Of a stretch of 64,000 nucleotides of DNA, positions 1-13,806 are shown in pieces; position 1 is the first letter of the stretch; each line of letters opens with the position of its first letter. The notes beneath the pieces are model-generated. The model saw only the letters and a program-made list of their open reading frames with translations. It made no database searches and was not told the origin of the DNA. The DNA is from Eledone cirrhosa. Its lineage: Eukaryota. The stretch spans positions 47,802,001 to 47,866,000 of the forward strand of contig OZ024749.1 of NCBI GenBank assembly GCA_964016885.1, in the 5' to 3' direction. The position numbers and the translations under genes were made by a program.

Positions 1-354
1 TTGACACATATATATGTTCAAAATAAACACAGGAAACAATCACAGGGGATAATTTGTAAAGTGTGTAATCACACATAGCGAGGTGGGTAACTAATTTAAT
101 TTTAACTAGAGCAATTCTAAAACTACTAACAACATGCTAGCGTCACCCCAGAGGCGTGAATAGCGTGATCGGCAGCTATAAATAGCAGCCGAGTACTCCA
201 TGTGTTTATTTTAAATATATATATATGTCAATCAATTTCAAGTTGATATAAAATCCTTGGATTTATTCATTGGAATCTTTGAGCTTATTCTACGGTGGAT
301 ATGGCGCATGTCTCGGCCGTGACTCCCTTAAGTTAACTTAATTAAATTAATTTA

Positions 355-397
<43 letters not shown>

Positions 398-434
398 TTA
401 TTACTTGAATTCTATAAGAATCCAACATTCATAA

Positions 435-526
435 TTTTCAGCAGACAAAGGGGGTGATAAGCTCTGAGGTGGACCAACAGTACGAAACAGAGATTTGTCA
501 GCTTATCTCCCTTTGTTTGCTGAAAA
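435..526 (+). ncRNA. Type I hammerhead ribozyme-like motif with long stem I (core variant A9>U)
   Basis: Stem I 435-463 (ttttcagcagacaaagggggtgataagct) pairs with 500-526 (agcttatctccctttgtttgctgaaaa). Core CTGAGGT 464-470; stem II ggac-caaca-gtac; GAAA 484-487; stem III acag/ttgt; GUC triplet 497-499. Confidence 0.6.
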
Positions 527-618
527 AAGAAGTAGGTGACATAGTGACTACTTTAAAACAATAGGGTAAGGTCTACAAAATGCTTTTAATTCAGCATACA
601 TTGTATTGCAAAATACAC

Positions 619-659
<41 letters not shown>

Positions 660-666
660 GTGTGTG

Positions 667-766
667 CAAGACGTCCCAAAAAGTCATACATACTTTAACA
701 ACATTCTAATAAATATCGCCTGCACAAGTAATCAAAACCGGTATACGTTTGTGGGAACACTTTATA
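667..766. mobile_element. Degenerate short Tc1/mariner-type MITE relic (related to 39183-39262)
   Basis: Shares catact(t/c)aaca(a/g)cattctaataaatat with the 39.2 kb copy; imperfect terminal repeats gtcccaaaaa / tttgtgggaac. Confidence 0.3.
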
Positions 767-1127
767 TATATACGTATATATATATTAAGACAGGGGGAAA
801 GAAAATATGGCTTCACTTGTGCTTTCCAGAAATTTATTTTCTTCACAAAATCCCAAAATAATTTTTTTCCGGATTAGAAAAAAAGTTTTTTGTTAAAAAA
901 AGTTATTTTATAAATTAAGTAGGAGTTCTTGGTTAACGTGGGAGGTATTGTTTCGTTTTTAGAACGACCTTTCACGCTGAGATGCGCTTGTCAAACTGAT
1001 GTGTATGTGGTGTGTTGTTCTATATATAGGGATTTAACATGTCTGTGGTGTGGTGGGGGTTTTTTCTCCCCCTTTTAATAAGTGTATGGGTGTAGGTGTG
1101 TTGAAAAAGTGTTAGTATATATATATA

Positions 1128-1584
<457 letters not shown>

Positions 1585-1588
1585 TATA

Positions 1589-1641
<53 letters not shown>

Positions 1642-1684
1642 TATAGTATATATATATATATAAATATATATATATAAATATAAC

Positions 1685-1738
<54 letters not shown>

Positions 1739-2328
1739 CACTCACCCTCACTGTCTATATCTATCTACCTCTATGTTCTTCTCCTCTCATTAAGCAACCC
1801 CCTCAAATTTGTACATATACCTAACCCTTAACAACCCTTTTCTACTAGAATTTCTCTACATGATGTATCACGCACCAATGCATTTTGTACAAGACATTGT
1901 TGTGGGTGACTGCAAATAAATCAGTGATTAGATTACATCCAACATCTATTTAATTATGTAGAGGTATTTTAACATCAATGGAAGATATTGAGAGTGTCAT
2001 CAAATATTATGATGTGACAAATGGACACTATGCATTTCCCTATGTTAAGGAGATGAACTCCTACTCGTTTACTTTCAGATCTCAAGGCGTGAAATAGGTC
2101 AGTAATGGAGCGTATCGAGTGATAGAATCCTGTTTTTGATTCAGATACGCAACCTTAACTCGGTACCAATTTTCATATGTAAATTTAGGAATGCATTTGC
2201 TCTCCGTAGGTCCGGGATATGGATAAATAACATTTAAAAGGTGTTTCATGTTTCATAGTATATGCTTAGATTAGAAGTCTACAAGTGTTATAAAAATCTT
2301 GTAAGATAAGCATAAGCATACATAAATA

Positions 2329-2351
2329 TAGTAGTAGTAGTAGTAGTAGTG

Positions 2352-2406
<55 letters not shown>

Positions 2407-2441
2407 CAGGATCAGCAGCAGCAGCAGCAGTAGTAGTAGTT

Positions 2442-2520
<79 letters not shown>

Positions 2521-2558
2521 TAGTAGCAGCAGTAGTAGTATTAGTATTAGTAGTAGTG

Positions 2559-2614
<56 letters not shown>

Positions 2615-2767
2615 TGTGATGGTGGCAGTAGTAGCGGTGGTGGTGTTGGTGGTGGTGTTGATGGTGGTGGTGGTGTTGATGTTGGTGTTGGTGGTGGTGG
2701 CGGTGGTTGCGGTGGTAGCAGCAGCAGCAGCAGTAGTAGTAGTATTATTATTAGTAGTAGTAGTAGC

Positions 2768-2829
<62 letters not shown>
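2329..2829. repeat. Compound trinucleotide microsatellite (TAG)n/(CAG)n/(TGG)n
   Basis: Directly visible; source of the poly-V/L/T ORFs. Confidence 0.97.
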
Positions 2830-3018
2830 CATGCTTTAACAGGGATGCATTTGTTCCAGTACGTTGGGAAACAACTTGCCCAAAATTCATATTGCATTGC
2901 TTAAATGTGTTTCGAGCCAAGTAGAAAACCCGTTAACAAGTTTTCAAAGTGAAGACTTCCATAATACATAAAACAAAGCACTTAATATGCAATGACATAT
3001 GACATGATTATATGCATT

Positions 3019-3055
<37 letters not shown>

Positions 3056-3571
3056 GTGTGTATGTGTGTACGTATTTTGATGTATATATTTATGGATATG
3101 TATGTATGTATATATATGTGTGTGTGCGTGCATGTGTGCCTCTGCGTGTGTTACAAATAGCAATTAAATAGCAATCAAATTCCCAGAGTTGTAAACTAAA
3201 TGCACATATTTATTTCTCGAATATAAAGTTGGGAATTATTGCAAGTTCAGTTTGTAGAATTATAAAATAAAATTTATATTATCGTGCCTCAATAAATAAC
3301 ACACTGTTTTAATGGAATGCATCATTAAATGGTGCTCTCACAAAGAAAGATAGTTAACAGTGAGTTTGGTTAAGTCAATAATAAAAAGCCTCGGATTTGA
3401 ATCGTTGCTATGTATTGGATTTCAGATTAAAGATTTGTATTTCTATGTAAAATACATATATGTTATTTTAAGATTCATTCCAAAAACTCTATCCATGAAA
3501 GCCTGTCTGAATATTCGTCACCGTGTCTTACTCTGTTTACTTCCAGTATATCAATATACATATATATATCA

Positions 3572-3634
<63 letters not shown>

Positions 3635-3637
<3 letters not shown>

Positions 3638-4627
3638 ATAATAATAAATTTGAAGACTAAAATCCAAAGAGGGCTCGATAAGGATAAATATATATCAAAT
3701 ATTTGCATAGGTAAGTATATATTACCCGTATGTTTTGTGAAGGTACGTATACCTTCCCGTACGTATATTTGATTGTTTATGTTATGGCGTATATCTTTGT
3801 ATATACTGGTACATATGGTTTGGCTATGTGTATACGGGAGTTTTGCGTCTGTGTGAGTATGCAGGTTCGTACTATGTAGGGTGTGTGTATATGTGTATTT
3901 CTTGTTTTGATTGACTTACGTCTCCGTACATTCGTGTATTTGCATGTAGGTATGTGTGTGCGCTTGTTATATACGTATTTATTTATTTATATACGTTTAT
4001 ATAATTATATATTTATCTGTATACACGCATACACACACACACATTTTTATATGTGCGTGGTTTTGTATACCTATGGTAAGTGTTTTGCGTATGCTTGTGT
4101 ATGTACGTATTTGGTTGCGTGTATGTATTTATTTATTTCTATTATTTCTGTATTGTATTTATTTACTTTGTTCTTAACTCTGTAGTGGAGATTCATTCGG
4201 TCTCCTACTTAGAATTTTAGTCTACGACTTCTGCTTTACCATTTACGTGGTTTTGTCTTTGTGTGCTATTGTTCTCCACGTCCACATACGACGTATTATC
4301 TTCGTTTTATTCGTTCATTGCCAGAGAACGTCTCTATGAACCCCCTAAGAGAACATTAGTCTACGACCTCTTTTATACCATAAACATGGTTCTGTCTTTG
4401 CGCATAATTGTTTTTCACCGCTCCTATTAATGACGTATATATTCGTTTTTTCCCGTTCTTTGCCAGCGAACGTTTCCACGAACCAAAGTATCATCTTCCT
4501 GTCTTCCTCCGGTTGCAACGTTTTTTGAAATATCCACTTCTGCATTTACATATTGACTTTGTTTGTTTCAGAAGATCCCGTTAAGGGTGAAAGCAGCGAT
4601 TCTTTGCTTAAACTTTAATCTGTTATT
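3635..4627. mobile_element. ~1 kb non-coding interspersed element with recurrent termini
   Basis: 5' end gtaataataataaatttgaagactaaaatccaaag recurs at ~23481 and (inverted) 28110-28145. 3' end agatcccgttaagggtgaaagcagcgattctttgcttaaactttaatctgttat recurs at ~51163-51217, 28076-28112 (inverted) and ~60581-60601 (inverted, partial). Confidence 0.55.
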
Positions 4628-4634
4628 ATAATAA

Positions 4635-5188
4635 ATGTTTGTGGACGCCACCCCTGGAGGGAAATTAGCTAACCAGTGTAGAAAGGCCCTGAGAAAGACC
4701 CACTTAAAAATAAAGGTGGTAGAAAAGCCAGGAACCACCATAAAATCCCTGATCAGCAAAACCTACCCTTTTAAGAAAACCCACTGTACCAATAGGAAAT
4801 GTATCATATGTAAGGTGAACCCCGGATAAACTGTAAAACTAGAAACGTAGTCTATAGCATAAGATGTACAGAGGGTACTTGCAGAAACATGACAACAACA
4901 TACATAGGTGAGACAGCTCGTAGCATAGGTTAAAGGATAGACCAACACTGGGGGGAACTAAAAGGACGAAAAAACGTATCAGTACTATACGAACATGCTA
5001 GACAACAACATGACGGTAACATAGACAACATAGAAATTAGAATAATATCTAAACATAGGAATGACCCAGCATATAGGCAAATCAGAGAGGCCAGTGAAAT
5101 AGAAATAAGAAGACCAAAGCTAAACAGAAGGAATGAGTGGAACAACAACAACACCCAAACAAACAACACTGACCTAAGAGAAGTATAA
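4635..5188 (+). pseudogene. Penelope-like element ORF C-terminus: linker, Cys-rich knuckle and GIY-YIG endonuclease (probably Naiad clade), disrupted
   Basis: Translation across a frameshift at ~4826: FVDATPGGKLA...VKVVEKPG-like...CTNRKCIIC...NCKTRNVVYSIRC...C...TYIGETARSIG*RIDQH...LYEH...H...RQIREASEI...PKLNRRNEW. VVY/YIGET/R/E/LN are GIY-YIG motifs. In-frame stop at 4931-4933. Clade assignment is from remembered motifs, not a search. Confidence 0.9.
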
Positions 5189-5720
5189 ATAAGTAAATAA
5201 AATAAAATAAAATAAGATAAATAAATACATACACAAGCACAATAACAACAAGCACATAAACACACACTAGTCACCCAGCAGACACAACACTATACACACT
5301 AGTCACACATCACACATAACACTATACACACACGCAAACGCATGCGCAAATAAGACAAAATAAAATAAGATAAACAAACAAGCAAATAAATAAATAAATA
5401 TATAGACAGACTAAATAAAAAAAATGGCGTAGACATACAACACAACAGGAGGAACAATGAATATAACACCACTGACGATGTTGCAGATGTGCAACGAAAG
5501 ATTTATGTAAATTATGTAAACTATATATATGTGTTTGTGTCTATATTGTATCTGTATTATTTTTGACCGCCGGTCAGTCAATGGCAACATTGAGGGCCGA
5601 GTAAGTTAGATCGCAGATATAAAAGACAGCGTGAAGCGAAAACCAACCAAACAGTGAGTGTGTTCTGTTATTAATTCTGGCAATATTACGCAAATATGAC
5701 CCTCCCCAAATATAACAATA
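5189..5720 (+). mobile_element. 3' UTR / pseudo-LTR of the Penelope-like element, with hammerhead core and stem II at 5472-5499
   Basis: CTGACGA-T-GTTGCA-gatg-TGCAAC-GAAA; near-identical inverted copy at 52927-53590; ends in (TA)n. Stems I and III not resolved. Confidence 0.8.
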
Positions 5721-5944
5721 TATATATATATATATGTATATATATATGATTTCCACGTGCTATTGAAATGTTGGGTAAATATTCGCGAATAGATTGGTGT
5801 CGTTTATTTATCTACTATTTCTTCATAGGTGCCCTCTAATCTTATAGCCTGGTTTAATTGTTTTTTTTGTGTGGTTAACTATGCTAATTGGGAGAGGAAA
5901 TGGTGTATATATATTATCAAATGATTCAATGGACATACTTTATA

Positions 5945-6105
<161 letters not shown>

Positions 6106-6114
6106 TATGTGTGT

Positions 6115-6170
<56 letters not shown>

Positions 6171-6197
6171 AAAAGGCTTGGGAGGTACTAAGATTGT

Positions 6198-6338
6198 GTT
6201 GGATGTCAGGTGAATAAGCACTATTAATTTCGCGCCAATTCGTGTTGCAAAAATTCTTGTAGTCAAAACACTTTTCATTGGTCGGTAGAAGTCACGTGAA
6301 TCGCGAAATTTATAGTGCTTATTCACGTGACATTCAAC
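6198..6338. repeat. 37-bp imperfect inverted repeat (MITE-like / hairpin)
   Basis: gttggatgtcaggtgaataagcactattaatttcgcg (6198-6234) vs cgcgaaatttatagtgcttattcacgtgacattcaac (6302-6338). Confidence 0.7.
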
Positions 6339-6655
6339 AACCAACCAAATTTTAATACCGCCGAGACATTTTTTTAACATAAAACAGGTAGAATTTACAA
6401 AACTGATCAGCTTAGAGCAAAAATCACGAGCGTTAGTAATGCGCAACCGGTAGAAACTTAAAACTAAAACTGTATACTAACTAATACTTATTACTAATTT
6501 ATACTTACTACTAACTAAACTATTGTACATTGGGAAAAGTTTGTCAGCATTTCCTTTTCCTGTTTACTAATATATATATATATATATATATAACGATGGA
6601 AGTGTGGAAAGGATTCTTATGGAACGGATCCATAACGCACCAGAGTACTCAATGT

Positions 6656-7105
6656 TTATCTTTGACTGACCAACGGTCAAATATAGAGATATAATATATA
6701 TATAAACGCATATATATAGTCTAACAATTTATTTCATTGCACATCAGCAACATCATCAGTGGTACTACTATGTTCGTCCTGTTTTATTGTATGTCTACGC
6801 CATTTTTATTTTAAGCACATAACATAAAATGGCGTAGACATACAATACAACAGGAGGAACATAATAGCACCACTGATGATGTTGCAAATGTGCAACGAAA
6901 GAACTTTTTTAGACGATATATATATATGTTTATATCTATATTATATCTGTATTTTTCAGCGTTGGTCAGTCAATGATAAGCATTGAGGCCAAAATGAATT
7001 ATCTGTGGAGACACAGAAGCGAAACTCAACCAACCAGTGAGTGTGTTCTGTTATTATTTCTGGCAATATTATTGCAACAATATGATCCTCCGCAAGTATA
7101 ACAAT
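6656..7105. mobile_element. Fold-back of a diverged pLTR related to 5189-5720; hammerhead cores at 6732-6759 (-) and 6873-6900 (+)
   Basis: Arms ~6656-6808 and ~6826-6979 are inverted; the right arm continues with homology to 5570-5720. CTGATGA-T-GTTGCA-aatg-TGCAAC-GAAA. Confidence 0.75.
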
Positions 7106-7806
7106 ATATATACATATGTGTGTGTGTGTGTATGTATGTGTGCGTATCGAAATTATGTCTTTATTCATGTGTGTGTTGGTGGATAAATTTATATTTTCTT
7201 ATGACGTGCGTTGGCGAGTTGTGTATTTGGAAAATGTAAGATTTCAACTGGATAAAACGCAAAATCCTATTAGTAGGAATGTTGAAACTTCGAATAATAC
7301 TAATTCAAATGCATTCTCATAGGAAATGATTGGAATATAATATTTATTTAATAAATAGGAGTGATTTAAACCAAACCGTTTTATTGATTCTAGCAATATA
7401 TTTTCCAGTATCCGAGATAATAAAGAGTTATACCTCACGAGCTACATATTGAATAGACTAATATATATTTCTGTATAGACGATATATTTTAGAAGGCTTC
7501 ATTTTCATGATATCTGCATTCCATTAAGCCCTCTTTAATTTCAATTTTGACATAAGTTAATTTGACAATAGCCATTAAACCTGGAGGTAGAATTTATTAA
7601 AATATTTGACTATATTCTCTTTCACTGTAGCCTGTATATATATATATATATATATATATATGGCTAAAAGGAGTGATATATATAGATATACGTGTGTGAT
7701 ACTATGTATAGATAGATACAGGCTACAGTGAAATAGAATATAGTCAAATATTTTCATAAATTCTACCTCCAGGTTTAATGGCTATTTTCAAATTATATAC
7801 ATATAT

Positions 7807-7975
<169 letters not shown>

Positions 7976-7976
7976 A

Positions 7977-8009
<33 letters not shown>

Positions 8010-8010
8010 C

Positions 8011-8133
<123 letters not shown>

Positions 8134-8169
8134 TATATGAGATCAAAAGATGGTTAAAAGAAGTCCATG

Positions 8170-8240
8170 TATTTTATTATGCGCATTTCAAAAACAAATA
8201 TCATCATGCAATAACATTTGCGTTTTCATCAGATAAAATA
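8170..8240 (-). ncRNA. Type I minimal hammerhead ribozyme
   Basis: Minus strand reads tattttat-CTGATGA-16-bp stem II-GAAA-TGCGCA-TA-ataaaata: perfect 8-bp stem I and palindromic stem III ATGCGCAT. Confidence 0.8.
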
Positions 8241-8358
8241 GGGAGACATGATATGAAGGTTAAAACACACTTGTGAATAGTGCAGTTATAAATCAACATA
8301 TGTTGATTTAAAACTGCACTATTCAAAAGTGTGTTTTAACCTTCATATCATGTCTCCC

Positions 8359-8429
8359 TATCTTATCTGACGAAAACGCAAATGTTATTGCATGATGATA
8401 TTTGTTTTTGAAATGCGCATAATAAAATA
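8359..8429 (+). ncRNA. Type I minimal hammerhead ribozyme
   Basis: tatcttat-CTGACGA(8367-8373)-aaacgcaaatgttatt-gcat-gatgatatttgttttt-GAAA(8410-8413)-tgcgca-ta-ataaaata. Confidence 0.78.
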
Positions 8430-8558
8430 CATGGAACTCTTTTAACCATCTTTTGATCTTATATATTATTATTTATACTCCAGTCCTACAAACTATAGAG
8501 TGCTGCTTATCCGATATCTGCATTGCTTTATTGTAGTACAATAAAACCCACCTCCTAC

Positions 8559-8659
<101 letters not shown>

Positions 8660-10427
8660 ACGTGTGCATACCTACGTATATATAGTTAGTTAGATAGATG
8701 GATAGGTATGTATGCATCTATATAAAAATGTATGTCAGAATGGATGTGTACATGTCTGCATATGTGCATATCTATTTGCAAATGAAATATATTAATTCAT
8801 ACAAAATAAATTATATATTTCAGTTGTAAAAAATGGGATTTGCAGAATGAAGCATGTTTATCTTAGTTGTTGTTGTAACGACGGGTTTCAGGTTTCGGAT
8901 AGCTTTACAACGTAACACTTCTAAAATTACAGTTTGCTGATAATATACATGTTAAAGTTTATCATTCTGTTACGCTTACGAACATCCTAAAACCTGAGAA
9001 GCAACTGATCATGTAGTTTTTGTAATGAAAAGGTATGCAACTCTGATTTCCATATGTGTTTTATGCTGCAAGAATTGCGGTGAATTTAATCTTGTTTATT
9101 GTTTAGTTATAAACTACATTTCTCTACGGACCCGTTTATGTCATTTAACCAAAAGATGCATAGAGAAAACTTCCAAATTGAGCCATATTCCTTGCTAGAT
9201 CTCCCCAAGATTGTGGCAGATGTAAAATGTCTATTACAGGGAGAATGTGCCTATATATGTATATTCATTCATTAACGTGAGTGAGAAAAAGAAATATGTT
9301 ATTGTAATATGTTTTTGAAAGCTGCATATTTATAACTTACAAGAATTGAACTGCAGAATAACTTACATTTTCATTAAAACGATCATTTTTCGGATTCATA
9401 AAATGTTCGGCTTTATAAAATGTCTTTCAAAAATGTTGTCAATTCTTATTTAGATTACTCATTCAAATGCATCTAGATTGGTGGCGATTTGTATAGCATC
9501 CCTTGGGATTAGAATGAGTTGAAATTAACCCAATTCATGTATTCATTTCTGTCCTAAACCTTCGGTAAAGTCTGTTTTAACATGTGTCTCAATTTGTGTC
9601 TGAAATATTTATAAATGATTTAAGTCGAGCTCCAAATTGAATGGACCGATATATTCGTGTGTATGGACAATACATTAAAAGGAATCATATTCTAGATATT
9701 GGCTTTCCATTACAAACCTATTGTCTTTCCCTTCACATCACGCATATTAATAGTACCAATAATACTTTGAGTTGTCAATGTATTACAGTATTTGACGACA
9801 TTCTTTTGTCCATTGCACCCATCAAGATATCGCTGTGAGCCTCGGTTGCCGTCAGTATACTCTGTTCATTCAGCACATGAGCGAAGCAATTCCAAAGCTA
9901 TTATTAAGGATCTATTATTATAAGAAACAATTATTAAGGATCTATTATGGAAAGAGAACTTCAACAAACAATGTCCCTTTTATTTGATAGAATATCGTTA
10001 AGCATTTTCCATTATTTGTCTCTTACTCTCAGAAACACTTTAATCCTACTCTCCATTCTGTCTTTCTATCTATGTTTCTATTTCACCTTCTCTTTTTCTC
10101 TCTTTGGTTCAATCTCACACAGAATATTTCTCAATCTCTCTGTCTCTCTCTATCTATCTCGCTTCATCTCTCTCTCTATTTCTCTCTCTCCCTCTCTCTC
10201 TCTCCAGTAACAACGTATAAACAAACTCATGCATCAACATACTAAGGTTATTCATCGGTGATGTTATGGGTGTGTTGATACAACATGTGATTAGCAAACA
10301 TGTCGTTCCAGTATCCCTTGTGCAGCGTATCACCTTGGCTATATAGTTAATGGAACAATAAATTCTGAATGAAATCTACTAGACCAGAACTGAGGGGAAA
10401 GTATTCTGATATATATATATTTATGAA

Positions 10428-10535
10428 GGCACATGGCTTAGTGGTTAGAGCATCGGGTTTGCAATTGGGAGATTGTGTGTTCGATTCTCGGTTATTGTGA
10501 TGCATTATGTCCTTAAGCAAGAAGTTTAGTTCACG
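10428..10535 (+). mobile_element. Degenerate tRNA-derived (CORE-like) SINE
   Basis: A box tggcttagtggttagagc, B box gttcgattc, followed by a tgtccttaagcaag CORE-like stretch. Confidence 0.5.
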
Positions 10536-10979
10536 AATTTTTGTGGCAACATATTATTTATGATATGTATACAGTAAATATCCTAAACTCTCCACATCAA
10601 AATTTTCAACTAATATTTCAGACACTGCATTCTTTTCATCCTCATATTTGTGATTAGGAAATTGATTAAAGCCTTCATTGTTGAAGCAAGATAGGAAACA
10701 AATATAAGCAGTTTTATGGAAATGATATAATGATAAATAATCCATATTTTCAAAACGGAATATGATGGGGACAATAGGTTATCCTTGATGATGAATTCAT
10801 ATATCACTTGACAATAGAAATATATTAATCTGATTATGTCATGCTTCCCACGCGAAACGCCAACTGCTGGCGACATAACTATTGTCAATGAAAAGGACAC
10901 CATTGAGCGAATAACCATAAGAATAGGAGAGATTTGAGAAATACGTACAAATAAATATTTAATACACCACGCATTTCAT

Positions 10980-11028
<49 letters not shown>

Positions 11029-11029
11029 C

Positions 11030-11094
<65 letters not shown>

Positions 11095-11450
11095 TGTGTA
11101 TATTAATATCAATGAATTAATATGAATGAATTTAACTTGCTCTTGCGTGTCACTTGGTAACGTAAACCAGCAGTATGTCGTGCAAAATATAAGACACCCG
11201 TCATGCCAATTTCAAGTTAATGACGGAAACTCAGATATATTGTGTATCTATCTATCTATATATCTATCTATATATCTGTCTATCTATATGTCTATATGTC
11301 TATATACTTAAATGTATGTCTGTTTGTCTGTCTATTATTTATATATGTATGTATGTATGTCTGTCTGACTAGCTAGCTGTTTGTATATCATTCGATATAT
11401 CTCTCTCTGTCTTAGTTTCCCAACCATTCTATTCATGTATCATATCATAA

Positions 11451-11639
11451 ATAATTGTTTCTACTTTAGGCACAAGGCCAGCAATTACCCAGTGCATTAC
11501 TGGTACTTTATTTTATCGACCCCGTAAGGATGAAAGGCAAAGTCAACCTCGGCGGGATTTGAACTCAGAACGTAAAGGGACGTAACTATGCTGGAAAGCA
11601 TGGCGTCCGACCCTCTACCGATACTGACAATCCACCGCC
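11451..11639 (-). mobile_element. tRNA-derived SINE with Meta/MESC-like core, full length, with TSD
   Basis: Minus strand: ggcggtggattgtcagtatcgg (A box), gagttcaaatccc (B box), gcctttcatccttacggggtcgataaaataaagtacc core. 19-bp direct repeat gtatcatatcataaataat at 11437-11455 and 11652-11670. Confidence 0.9.
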
Positions 11640-12233
11640 CTTATATCCACCGTATCATATCATAAATAATGTGTGTTGACTGATGCACAAAAGAATAAAT
11701 AAGGAAAAGGATTCAAATGCTAAAAAGAAAATAACAAAGTAACTTGAATCTCTATGTATGAGTATACGTGTAAAAATTATACGGAAATCAACAGCTCCTA
11801 ATGTAGAAAGGAACACAATATAAAGCACAAATGCTGATATAATGTGAAGAGTTTCAAAGTTTTAAATATGTTGCATTGGAAATATTTTAAGCGATATATT
11901 ACAGTAAATGTTTCGAAATTATAACAAGTAATATATTATAAAATGTAGGTAAAATTAAGAATCTTTTGTGTCATTTAATGGCAAGAATAAATTTTATCTG
12001 CTATAAGTATATCAGTCTCATCACTCCAGATAATATTACTTGCAACACAATTGTAGTATATACGCTAGCTCACACACACACACACACACACAAACACAAA
12101 CACACATACATACACATATACACACACACACACACACATGTAAATATATGTATATGAAGAGAGAAAGAGAGAGAGAGATAGAGAAAGGGGAGAGGGAGTG
12201 AGAGAAATCTAATATATGTATTGTATGAAATAT

Positions 12234-12262
<29 letters not shown>

Positions 12263-12264
<2 letters not shown>

Positions 12265-12341
12265 ACAAAATAATTTGGAGATAATTATAAAGAATTAGTA
12301 TATCTACCAACATATATATACAGATGCATACCTATACTAGC

Positions 12342-12437
<96 letters not shown>

Positions 12438-13567
12438 GTTAGTATAGGTATGCATCTGTATATATAGGTTGGTAGATATACTAATTCTTTATAATTATCT
12501 CCAAATTATTTTGTTGAGCAAACATTTGCCACAACTGCTACAATAGATCATAGTAATTGTTCGGCTGCTGTCTTCTTAACACCCCACTCCTCACTGATTA
12601 ACGTCGATGTCACGTGATTGATTCTTTTGAATTTGCCACCGACCGTGTCGGCAGTGACGTTTTCAATGTCTTGGAACTTAGTCCACGCTTTGCTTTTTTC
12701 CATCCACTGAATTATTTTTGCATAAGTTCCCTGTGTCCATGCATTGCCAGGGAACGTAGCTGAGAATAGACTTCCCTGGTGACGAAAGGATTTCTCCATG
12801 TGTTCCCTCGGAAACCATGTTTATTCCCTTTCAGAAACTAATTAGTTGGAGTGAAATTTTAGTAAGTAAGTTAATTTTTATAATTTTCTTATTTTACGTC
12901 TTTCATATAATTGTTCTGCATCCCCTTGCATTGAGCCACAAAGTTACTAAGACAAAACCTATGTATTTGCTAGCATAGGTATGCATCTGTATATATGTGT
13001 TGGTAGATATACTAATTCTTTATAATTAGCTCCAAATTATTTTGTTGAGAAAACATTTGCCACAACTGCTACTATAGTTCATAGTAATGGTTCGGCTGCT
13101 GTTTTCTTAACACCCCACTCCTCACTGATTAACCTCGATGTCACGTGATTGATTCTTTTGAATTTGCCACCGACCAAGTAGGCAGGGTTTTTTTCAATGT
13201 CTTGGAACTTAGCCCACGCTTTGCTTTTTTCCATCCATTGAATTATTTTTGTATAAGTTCCCTGTGTCCACGCATTGCCTGGGAACTTAACTGAGAATAG
13301 ACTTCCCTGGTGACGAAAGGATTTCTCCATGTGTTCCCTCGGAAACCATGTTTATTCCCTTTCAGAAACTAATTAGTTGGAGTGAAATTTTAGTAAGTAA
13401 GTTAATTTTTATAATTTTCTTATTTTACGTCTTTCATATAATTGTTCTGCATCCCCTTGCATTGAGCCACAAAGTTACTAAGACAAAACCTATGTATTTG
13501 CTAGCATAGGTATGCATCTGTATATATGTGTTGGTAGATAATTTTCTTATTTTACGTCTTTCATATA
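12263..13567 (+). mobile_element. Tandem 531-bp hammerhead-bearing units (retrozyme / pLTR-like) with inverted 5' piece
   Basis: Units start at 12437, 12968 and 13499 (partial). Inverted copy 12263-12343 lies across a (TA)n spacer. Each unit has cttcc-CTGGTGA-cgaaagg...cctttca-GAAA-ctaattag-tt-ggagt (12770-12852; 13301-13383), a core A6>G variant. Confidence 0.8.
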
Positions 13568-13589
13568 TATATGTATATATATCTCCAAA

Positions 13590-13806
13590 GTTAAGATAAT
13601 CAAAATTATGGGTGTCATGCCAGAAAGACATGCGCGATATCACCCACAAAATAAGCTCTAAGATTCTAACGAATAGGTCCGAGCATTTTATAATAACTAA
13701 AAATTGATTAACATATATATAAACATGAATAATCACAGGTGATAATTTTTACAAGTGTGTAAGCACGCATAGCTAGGTAGGTAACTAAATAAAGTTAACC
13801 AGAACT
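13590..13806. repeat. Interspersed repeat related to 20-340 (two segments, one inverted)
   Basis: 13720-13806 resembles 22-112; 13590-13700 resembles the reverse complement of 240-340. Confidence 0.55.

Noticed and set aside
11560-11639. tRNA gene call for A/B-box sequences
   Set aside because: No cloverleaf; they are SINE heads followed by a SINE core and flanked by TSDs.
12548-13330. Two similar 83-aa minus-strand ORFs (MEKSFRHQGS...)
   Set aside because: They result from the 531-bp tandem duplication. The diverged 54.9-55.2 kb copy has indels that break the frame, and the ORF is antisense to the ribozyme.
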